Shown one piece after another: positions 1 through 9,200 of a stretch of 64,000 nucleotides of DNA. Source of the DNA: Laetmonice hystrix (taxonomy: Eukaryota). The notes under the pieces were generated by a model. The model saw only the letters and a program-made list of their open reading frames with translations, was not told where the DNA came from and made no database searches. Made by a program: the position numbers and the translations under genes. The first letter of the stretch is position 1; each line of letters begins with the position of its first letter. The DNA is taken from contig OZ249436.1 of NCBI GenBank assembly GCA_965235115.1, forward strand, positions 53,260,001 to 53,324,000, in the 5' to 3' direction.

Positions 1-737
1 CCTAAGGACTTCTCACTCTACTGGTTGGCCTCCCACACTGTTTGGCCCCACAGTGTAGACTCTACTGTTTGGCCTCAGCCACGGTGTACTCTTTGGCCTC
101 ACTGTATAGTGTTCGCTTGGGTGCTAGGCCAGCCAGTAGGCCTATACCTTGTAGCAATTCCCCCCTGTATTGTTTGGCCTCCCTGTACCGTTTGCTTCTA
201 TACAAGAGTAGCCAGTAGTATAGGGACGCCTCCTGTTTCATGTTTCCATGCCTTTATTGTCCAGGAGGCAGGCCATACGTTTCGTCTATCATCTACTCCC
301 ATCTAATCTGTGTCCCCTACAGACCATCTGTAGATCTAAGCGTCCGACAACGTTGTCAGGTGAATCTTCCCAATGACTGTTTGCCGTAAAGGTTTAGTTA
401 ACAATGGCAAATGACGTTGTACGCCTTTTCTATATCAGATATCCCACTCCCAAGTAACAAACAAACAAAGGTTACACAGAGGTGTTACAGGCAGAAAACA
501 CCAGGGTGCAGCGGCGCTGACTGCATTGCCGCCTTCCGGCCAGCGGTGGAATCATCACCTGTGGCACTTAGGCGAGATACAGGTTAAAGCAATGATAAGC
601 GCAAAATGGCTACATTTTTGATACGTCAAATTAAAACTACGCCCCCCCCCCAAATAAATTATGATTCTTAGGCCAGATGTATAACTGTCGAACGTATAGG
701 TCTCGTACGTTCGCTACAGATATATGGTTGTGATGTG
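1..737. repeat. Diverged partial monomer of the same satellite, interrupted by the transposon
   Basis: Colinear with the consensus monomer from AAGGACTTCTCACTC to ATGGTTGTGATGTG. The consensus continuation TACACTTCCCATTT resumes at 3122. It carries several private micro-insertions. Confidence 0.97.
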
Positions 738-759
738 GTAAGGTCGGGTAATATGGGCA
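737..759 (+). repeat. Left terminal inverted repeat (damaged: TA target duplication and terminal GG missing)
   Basis: Reads GTGATGTG|GTAAGGTCGGG, where an intact junction would read GTGATGTG-TA-GGGTAAGGTCGGG, so 4 nt (TAGG) are absent. Confidence 0.85.
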
Positions 760-1282
760 TAGCGGGTAATGTGGGCACCCTGCATATTTCATAATCTATG
801 CAGAATTGGTGCTGCCACCTTGTGTTACACTGTAGTTCGGTTTATGACGTTGATGACGCGCGTCTTTGATTGTCAAGGTTGTTAAGATCGTTGAGGTGAG
901 TCGCTTTGCCTGTTTTTTGTTCATTTCCTTAAGATTTTTCTATGAACATGATGCCTTCTAGATTCTGAAGAAATTGGAGTATGGTGGTCATTTGAGTTTT
1001 GAGAGGTTGTAAACCTTCCGAAGAAAGAGCAGCGATGACGATAATAGGCGAATACCGATCGCGTATTTGATGCCGGCGAAGAATTTGGCGCGCTATCCCG
1101 CTGGGTAATATGGGCCCCACCACGAAATCCAATATGAGCACGGTGCTCATATTACCCCAAGTGGTGCCCATATTATCCGCGCTGAATTTATTGCACTTAG
1201 GGCCTATAGTAGGCCTATAGAGAGGTCTAGGCCTAGGGTGTTATACTCCTAATGATGCAATGTCATTCCATGATCTGATTAA

Positions 1283-1723
1283 ATGTCCTTGGACAATGGC
1301 TCAACCCAAAGCAACGACCAAAAAGCGAAAGATCCGTCATGCTACCATTATATTATAACAAGTTCTCCCCATAAACTGGAAGTCGAGGCAAAGAAAAAAA
1401 GATCAAGTGCCAAAGCAAAATCTGAGATGGTTTGTAGGAAGAAGAGGCTCATAGGCCTAGATCTAGGCCTAGAAATATCTACCGATGGAATTAAGTGTGC
1501 ATCCAACAAAAAAACAAGAAAACACCAGCCAAGTGGGTCCAAAGCTACTAACAAGAAAGGGGGCGAAATAACGAAGACTGGGAAGAGAAAAAAAACTCAA
1601 CAACGAAGCGGACGGTTTTGGATAGGCCTATAGGCCTAGTGTTAATATTGCAAAGCATTGATGCACGGTGAATGTGCCGGCGTCGGAAAAGATCAATTTT
1701 CCTTTCAATGTGACTTGTGTTAA
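1283..1723 (+). pseudogene. Decayed C-terminal fragment of a pogo/Fot1-like transposase (ITSSP-lysine-rich linker plus second half of a PHD-type zinc finger)
   Basis: ORF 1283-1633 contains IITSSPHKLEVEAKKKR and a lysine-rich tract. The same frame continues through stops as WIGL*A*C*YCKALMHGECAGVGKDQFSFQCDLC* (TAA at 1721-1723), matching the PHD pattern WIQCxxCxxWxHxxC...FxCxxC. No DDE domain or HTH was recognised. The family is assigned from motif recall, not from a search. Confidence 0.7.
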
Positions 1724-2211
1724 AAAGTTTTGATCATAGAGTCTAAGCGTTGCAAAGGTGTCCCCGGAAGAACATGTACAAATTTAGGCCCATATTCCGC
1801 CGCACAGTCTTGTAGGCCCTACTTGCCGCTAACAGGATTGTGGACCCATTTTAAGTCTACGGAAAGAGAAAAAGGGTCCACACTCCGTCTATAGCCTAGC
1901 CTAATATAGACGGTCCGTCCTGGGGAGTATAGGAACACTGGTAGGCCTAGCATTTAGTCGTGAGAACTTTCGTTGTTGTGGTAAAAGTAAGACAGATTGT
2001 AAAATTTAGTAGGCCTACAGTTGACATGTGGTTGCGTCAACATGTGTGAAATTAAAGTGCTGCATGCATCATAAGGCATTAAACGTTTGGTATTCTTGCA
2101 ATTTAGACCTAGGCCTATGTCGGAGGTTACTGACAATGGACTTTATATCATACAAAACTATCAGATCAATTTGAAAAAAAAATGGGACCCCGACACTACT
2201 ACCTAAATGAC

Positions 2212-2601
2212 AGCCCCGTTGACATTTACCTGTTAGTCTGGACCTAAAGTGGACCGGTCCGATACCCCCAGAAGGAGGTGATCTCGGTGCGGACCGAGGA
2301 CGGTACCCCGCCCATAATTGGCAGTGTAAACGTGTCACACAGAGTAGCCTACCAGGCCCAGTCAACTTGTCTGAGACGGTACTGCACATGCGCGCAATTC
2401 GGTCCGGTCCGAGCACGGTCCACTTGAAGTGGACCGTGCATGATGTAAACGCGGCGAGTGAGGTTTCCGGTCGTGACTCGAGGCGACTCATCGTCCCCGG
2501 CCCAGATACAAACTGTGTAGTGTAATAACGGTGCCACTCAGGTGGACCCGGTCCGGTCCGAGCATGGTCCACTTGAAGTAGACCATAATGTAAAGGCGGC
2601 T
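2212..2601. mobile_element. Probable nested MITE-like insertion inside the transposon
   Basis: Imperfect TIRs AGCCCCGTTGACATT (2212-2226) and AATGTAAAGGCGGCT (2587-2601) match at 12 of 15 positions. An internal end-like copy ATGTAAACGCGGC lies at about 2443-2455. A 35-bp direct repeat GGTCCGGTCCGAGCAYGGTCCACTTGAAGTRGACC occurs at 2401-2435 and 2550-2584. The segment is more GC-rich than its flanks, and no clean TSD is visible. Confidence 0.5.
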
Positions 2602-3094
2602 ATACGATGCTCATATTACCCTCCATTTGCCTTCCATACATCTACATTATAAACGGTTAATGGTAATATGGGCACACTGTTCGATTATCAATATTAATCA
2701 GAAATATTCGAATGTGGTTACTAATGTACGTCTGCTGAAATTCTAGAATTGGATCATGTTGTGGTCTGTTAAATTTGGGATATAGCGGATTTAGGTATTT
2801 AACTGGATTATATGCCCTTTACATTTCAACAGTACCCCTTTCTATAACAAATCAATATAGGTAATATGAGCATCCCGTTGAGAGTGTAATATGAGCACGG
2901 GTGCCCATATTTCCCACGCTCTCGGGTAATATGGGCATGTTTAAAAAAATTTTATATCTTCGATTTTAAAAAAAAGCGAACAGTAAAAGAGTTTATGAAT
3001 AGCTTATGTTCTTGAGAAATCAAAACTGTTTCATATAAACTTTAGACGGATGTACTATCATACGTTTCTTTCATTCGACAACCAAATGTAAAAA

Positions 3095-3121
3095 GGGTGC
3101 TCATATTACCCGACCTTACCC
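3095..3121 (-). repeat. Right terminal inverted repeat (intact), followed by TA
   Basis: GGGTGCTCATATTACCCGACCTTACCC-TA-CACTTCCC. Confidence 0.92.
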
Positions 3122-4931
3122 TACACTTCCCATTTGAGTAGCTTCTCCATATTTTAACATTAGATGCTCCTCGCCTGTAGCTTTCATTTCCACTACCTCA
3201 CTGTAGTGTTTGCATGGCTACTATAGGCAAGCCGGTATGTAGGGACTTCTCACTCTACTGGTTGGCCTCCCACACTGCTTGGCCCCACAGTGTACTGTTT
3301 GGCCTCAGTGTACTCTTTGGCCTCACTGTAGTGTTCGCTTGGGTGCTTGGCCAGCCAGTATACCTTGTAGCAATTCCTCCCTGTATTGTTTGGCCTCCCT
3401 GTACCGTTTGCTTCTATACAAGAGTAGCCAGTAGTATAGGGACGCCTCCTGTTTCATGTTTTCATGCCTTTATTGTCCAGGAGGCAGGCCATACGTTTCG
3501 TCTATCATCTACTCCCACCTAATCTGTGTCCCCTACAGACCATCTGTAAGCGTCCGACAACGTTGTCAGATGAATCTTCCCAATGACTGTTTGCCGTAAA
3601 GGTTTAGTTAACAATGGCAAATGATGTTGTACGCCTTTTCTATATCAGATATCCAATCCCGAAGTAACAAACAAACAAAGAAAGGTTACACAGAGGTGTT
3701 GCAGGCAGAAAACACCAGGGTGCAGCGGCGCTGACTGCACTGCCGCCTTCCGGCCAGCGGTGGAATCATCACCTGTGGCTCTTAGGCGAGATACAGGTTA
3801 AAGCAATGATAAGCGCATAATGGCTACTTTTTTGATACATCAAATTGAAGCTACGCCCCCCCCCCCAAAAAAAATTATGATTCTTAGGCCAGATGTATAA
3901 CTGTTAAACGTATAGGTCTTGTACGTTCGCTACAGATATATGGTTGTGATGTGTACACTTCCCATTTCAGTATCTTCTCTAGATTTTAACATTAGATGCT
4001 CCTCGCCTGTACCTTTCATTTCCAGTACCTCACTGTAGTGTTTGCATGCCTACTATAGGCCAGCCGGTAAGATGTAAGGACTTCTCACTCTACTCGTTGG
4101 CCTCCCACACTGTTTGGCCCGACAGTGTACTGTTTGGCCTCAGTGTACTCTTTGGCCTCACTGTAGTGTTCGCTTGGGTGCTAGGCCAGCCAGTATACCT
4201 TGTAGCAATTCCTCCCTGTATTGTTTGGCCTCCCTGTACCGTTTGCTTCTATACAAGAGTAGCCAGTAGTATAGGGACGCCTCCTGTTTCATGTTTCCAT
4301 GCCTTTATTGCCCAGGAGGGAGGCCATACGTTTCGTCTATCATCTACTCCCATCTAATCTGTGTCCCCTACAGACCATCTGTAAGCGTCCGACAACGTTG
4401 TCAGGTGAATCTTCCCAATGACTGTTTGCCGTAAAGGTTTAGTTAACAATGGCAAATGACGTTGTACGCCTTTTCTATATCAGATATCCCATCCCCAAGT
4501 AACAAACAAACAAAGAAAGGTTACACAGAGGTGTTGCAGGCAGAAAACACCAGGGTGCAGCGGCGCTGACTGCACTGCCGCCTTCCGGCCAGCGGTGGAA
4601 TCATCACCTGTGGCTCTTAGGCGAGATACAGGTTAAAGCAGTGATCAGCGCATAATGGCTACTTTTTTGATACATCAAATTGATGCTACGCCCCCCCCCC
4701 AAAAATTATGATTCTTAGGCCAGATGTATAACTGTCAAACGTATAGGTCTCGTACGTTCGCTACAGATATATGGTTGTGATGTGTACACTTCCCATTTCA
4801 GTATCTTCTCCAGATTTTAACATTAGATGCTCCTCGCCTGTACCTTTCATTTCCAGTACCTCACTGTAGTGTTTGCATGGCTACTATAGGCAAGCCGGTA
4901 TGTAGGGACTTCACACTCTACTGGTTGGCCT

Positions 4932-5285
4932 CCCACACTGCTTGGCCCCACAGTGTACTGTTTGGCCTCAGTGTACTCTTTGGCCTCACTGTAGTGTTCG
5001 CTTGGGTGCTTGGCCAGCCAGTATACCTTGTAGCAATTCCTCCCTGTATTGTTTGGCCTCCCTGTACCCTTTGCTTGTATACAAGAGTAGCCAGTAGTAT
5101 AGGGACGCCTCATGTTTCATGTTTCCATGCCTTTATTGCCAAGGAGGCAGGCCATACGTTTCGTCTATCATCTACTCCCACCTAATCTGTGTCCCCTACA
5201 GACCATCTGTAAGCGTCCGACAACGTTGTCAAGTGAATCTGTTTGCCGTAAAGGTTTAGTTAACAAGGCCAAATGACGTTGTACG
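4932..5285. repeat. 354-bp truncated monomer (first of 13 copies)
   Basis: The junction GACGTTGTACGCC|CACACTGCTTGG removes about 480 bp, and the stop-to-stop spacing 5185 to 5539 is 354 bp. The copies are marked by the MTLYAH ORFs at 5273, 8967, 11825, 15520, 18380, 21249, 23282, 26140, 28164, 31022, 33046, 35911 and 42139. Confidence 0.96.
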
Positions 5286-6047
5286 CCCACACTGCTTGGC
5301 CCCACAGTGTACTGTTTGGCCTCACTGTACTCTTTGGCCTCACTGTAGTGTTCGCTTGGGTGCTAGGCCAGCCAGTATACCTTGTAGCAATTCCTCCCTG
5401 TATTGTTTGGCCTCCCTGTACCGTTTGCTTCTATACAAGAGTAGCCAGTAGTATAGGGACGCCTCATGTTTCATGTTTCCATGCCTTTATTGTCCAGGAG
5501 GCAGGCCATACGTTTCGTCTATCATCTACTCCCATCTAATCTGTGTCCCCTACAGACCATCTGTAAGCGTCCGACAACGTTGTCAGGTGAATCTTCCCAA
5601 TGACTGTTTGCCGTAAAGGTTTAGTTAACAATGGCAAATGACGTTGTACGCCTTTTCTATATCAGATATCCCACCCCCAAGTAACAAACAAACAAAGGTT
5701 ACACAGAGGTGTTACAGGCAGAAAACACCAGGGTGCAGCGGCGCTGACTGCATTGCCGCCTTCCGGCCAGCGGTGGAATCATCACCTGTGGCTCTTAGGC
5801 GAGATACAGGTTAAAGCAATGATAAGCGCAAAATGGCTACATTTTTGATACGTCAAATTGAAACTACGCCCCCCCCCTCCAAAGAAAAAATTAGGATTCT
5901 TAGGCCAGATGTATAACTGTTAAACGTATAGGTCTCGTACGTTCGCTACAGATATAGGCCTATGGTTGTGATGTGTACACTTCCCATTTCAGTATCTTCT
6001 CTAGATTTTAACATTAGATGCTCCTCGCCTGTACCTTTAATTTCCAG

Positions 6048-6262
6048 TACCTCACTGTAGTGTTTGCATGGCTACTATAGGCCAGCCGGTAAGATGTAAG
6101 GACTTCTCACTCTACTCGTTGGCCTCCCACACTGTTTGGCCCCACAGTGTACTGTTTGGCCTCAGTGTACTCTTCGGCCTCACTGTAGTGTTCGCTTGGG
6201 TGCTAGGCCAGCCAGTATACCTTGTAGCAATTCCTCCCTGTATTGTTTGGCCTCCCTGTACC
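6048..6262. repeat. Internal ~18-20 bp subrepeats (TGTTTGGCCTCASTGTAC-like) and a ~40-bp internal duplication in every monomer (example coordinates)
   Basis: About 5-6 degenerate TTGGCCTC units per monomer. CCTCACTGTAGTGTTTGCATGGCTACTATAGGCCAGCCGGTA is duplicated as CCTCACTGTAGTGTTCGCTTGGGTGCTAGGCCAGCCAGTA. Confidence 0.85.
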
Positions 6263-9200
6263 GTTTGCTTGTATACAAGAGTAGCCAGTAGTATAGGGAC
6301 GCCTCATGTTTCATGTTTCCATGCCTTTATTGTCCAGGAGGCAGGCCATACGTTTCATCTATCATCTACTCCCACCTAATCTGTGTCCCCTACAGACCAT
6401 CTGTAAGCGTCCGACAACGTTGTCAGGTGAATCTTCCCAATGACTGTTTGCCGTAAAGGTTTAGTTAACAATGGCAAATGACGTTGTACGCCTTTTCTAT
6501 ATCAGATATCCCATCCCCAAGTAACAAACAAACAAAGAAAGGTTACACAGAGGTGTTGCAGGCAGAAAACACCAGGGTGCAGCGGCGCTGACTGCACTGC
6601 CGCCTTCCGGCCAGCGGTGGAATCATCACCTGTGGCTCTTAGGCGAGATACAGGTTAAAGCAATGATCAGCGCATAATGGCTACTTTTTTGATACATCAA
6701 ATTGATGCTACGCCCCCCCCCCAAAAAAATTATGATTCTTAGCCCAGATGTATAACTGTCAAACGTATAGGTCTCGTACGTTCGCTACAGATATATGGTT
6801 GTGATGTGTACACTTCCCATTTCAGTATCTTCTCCAGATTTTAACATTAGATGCTCCTCGCCTGTACCTTTCATTTCCAGTACCTCACTGTAGTGTTTGC
6901 ATGGCTACTATAGGCCAGCCGGTAAGATGTAAGGACTTCTCACTCTACTGGTTGGCCTCCCACACTGTTTGGCCCTACAGTGTACTGTTTGGCCTCAGTG
7001 TACTCTTTGGCCTCACTGTAGTGTTCGCTTGGGTGCTAGGCCAGCCAGTATACCTTGTAGCAATTCCTCCCTGTATTGTTTGGCCTCCCTGTACCGTTTG
7101 CTTCTATACAAGAGTAGCCAGTAGTATAGGGACGCCTCCTGTTTCATGTTTTCATGCCTTTATTGTCCAGGAGGCAGGCCATACGTTTCGTCTATGATCT
7201 ACTCCCACCTAATCTGTGTCCCCTACAGACCATCTGTAAGCGTCCGACAACGTTGTCAGATGAATCTTCCCAATGACTGTTTGCCGTAAAGGTTTAGTTA
7301 ACAATGGCAAATGATGTTGTACGCCTTTTCTATATCAGATATCCCATCCCCAAGTAACAAACAAACAAAGAAAGGTTACACAGAGGTGTTGCAGGCAGAA
7401 AACACCAGGGTGCAGCGGCGCTGACTGCACTGCCGCCTTCCGGCCAGCGGTGGAATCATCACCTGTGGCTCTTAGGCGAGATACAGGTTAAAGCAATGAT
7501 AAGCGCATAATGGCTACTTTTTTGATACATCAAATTGAAGCTACGCCCCCCCCCCCCAAAAAAAAAAAATTATGATTCTTAGGCCAGATGTATAACTGTT
7601 AAACGTATAGGTCTTGTACGTTCGCTACAGATATATGGTTGTGATGTGTACACTTCCCATTTCAGTATCTTCTCTAGATTTTAACATTAGATGCTCCTCG
7701 CCTGTACCTTTAATTTCCAGTACCTCACTGTAGTGTTTGCATGGCTACTATAGGCCAGCCGGTAAGATGTAAGGACTTCTCACTCTACTCGTTGGCCTCC
7801 CACACTGTTTGGCCCCACAGTGTACTGTTTGGCCTCAGTGTACTCTTCGGCCTCACTGTAGTGTTCGCTTGGGTGCTAGGCCAGCCAGTATACCTTGTAG
7901 CAATTCCTCCCTGTATTGTTTGGCCTCCCTGTACCGTTTGCTTGTATACAAGAGTAGCCAGTAGTATAGGGACGCCTCATGTTTCATGTTTCCATGCCTT
8001 TATTGTCCAGGAGGCAGGCCATACGTTTCGTCTATCATCTACTCCCACCTAATCTGTGTCCCCTACAGACCATCTGTAAGCGTCCGACAACGTTGTCAGG
8101 TGAATCTTCCCAATGACTGTTTGCCGTAAAGGTTTAGTTAACAATGGCAAATGACGTTGTACGCCTTTTCTATATCAGATATCCCATCCCCAAGTCACAA
8201 ACAAACAAAGAAAGGTTACACAGAGGTGTTGCAGGCAGAAAACACCAGGGTGCAGCGGCGCTGACTGCACTGCCGCCTTCCAGCCAGCGGTGGAATCATC
8301 ACCTGTGGCTCTTAGGCGAGATACAGGTTAAAGCAGTGATCAGCGCATAATGGCTACTTTTTTGATACATCAAATTGATGCTACGCCCCCCCCCAAAAAT
8401 TATGATTCTTAGGCCAGATGTATAACTGTCAAACGTATAGGTCTCGTACGTTCGCTACAGATATATGGTTGTGATGTGTACACTTCCCATTTCAGTATCT
8501 TCTCCAGATTTTAACATTAGATGCTCCTCGCCTGTACCTTTCATTTCCAGTACCTCACTGTAGTGTTTGCATGGCTACTATAGGCAAGCCGGTATGTAGG
8601 GACTTCACACTCTACTGGTTGGCCTCCCACACTGCTTGGCCCCACAGTGTACTGTTTGGCCTCAGTGTACTCTTTGGCCTCACTGTAGTGTTCGCTTGGG
8701 TGCTTGGCCAGCCAGTATACCTTGTAGCAATTCCTCCCTGTATTGTTTGGCCTCCCTGTACCCTTTGCTTGTATACAAGAGTAGCCAGTAGTATAGGGAC
8801 GCCTCATGTTTCATGTTTCCATGCCTTTATTGCCAAGGAGGCAGGCCATACGTTTCGTCTATCATCTACTCCCACCTAATCTGTGTCCCCTACAGACCAT
8901 CTGTAAGCGTCCGACAACGTTGTCAAGTGAATCTGTTTGCCGTAAAGGTTTAGTTAACAAGGCCAAATGACGTTGTACGCCCACACTGCTTGGCCCCACA
9001 GTGTACTGTTTGGCCTCACTGTACTCTTTGGCCTCACTGTAGTGTTCGCTTGGGTGCTAGGCCAGCCAGTATACCTTGTAGCAATTCCTCCCTGTATTGT
9101 TTGGCCTCCCTGTACCGTTTGCTTCTATACAAGAGTAGCCAGTAGTATAGGGACGCCTTATGTTTCATGTTTCCATGCCTTTATTGTCCAGGAGGCAGGC

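Larger units (their letters stand above)
746..3111. repeat. Dispersed subterminal motif GGTAATATGRGCAC, about 13 copies in both orientations; likely transposase-binding repeats
   Basis: Copies near 747, 764, 1103, 1130, 1142(-), 1163(-), 2608(-), 2662, 2860, 2886, 2900(-), 2924 and 3095(-). They cluster toward the two ends, are absent from about 1200-2600, and the same motif forms the TIR core. Confidence 0.85.
738..3121 (+). mobile_element. Non-autonomous, internally deleted TIR DNA transposon, probably Tc1/mariner-pogo (Fot1/pogo-like) group, inserted at a TA in a satellite monomer
   Basis: Left end GGTAAGGTCGGGTAATATGGGCA (737-759) matches the reverse complement of the right end (GGGTAAGGTCGGGTAATATGAGCACCC, 3095-3121) at 22 of 23 positions. 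The empty site GTGATGTG-TA-CACTTCCC is present in sister monomers, and TA follows the right TIR at 3122-3123. The element contains subterminal motif arrays and a transposase-like C-terminal remnant. The superfamily call is inferred from the TA target and the protein remnant. Confidence 0.9.

Noticed and set aside
929..2572. Minus-strand ORFs inside the transposon (929-1171, 1348-1554, 1954-2136, 2069-2572, 2349-2537)
   Set aside because: They show no recognisable motifs and overlap subterminal repeats, the antisense of the transposase remnant or the GC-rich nested repeat.
3250..3410. Short TTTGGCCTC repeats as a CRISPR array
   Set aside because: The repeats are degenerate and nearly contiguous with no unique spacers, there are no cas genes, and the context is a eukaryotic satellite.
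6016..6045. CTCCTCGC resembling the HDV-like ribozyme L3 loop
   Set aside because: P1, P1.1 and P2 pairings and the downstream GG and catalytic C context could not be formed.
6657..6710. Box C/D snoRNA-like segment AGCA-ATGATCA...TTGA-TGCT
   Set aside because: Both boxes deviate from RUGAUGA and CUGA, the span is only about 54 nt, and the terminal stem is broken in many monomers.
7998..8041. Minus-strand TAGATGATAGACGAAACGT...AATAAAG resembling a Penelope-type hammerhead ribozyme plus polyA signal
   Set aside because: The required CUGANGA core is TAGATGA and I could not build stems I-III. An Infernal/Rfam hammerhead search would settle it.
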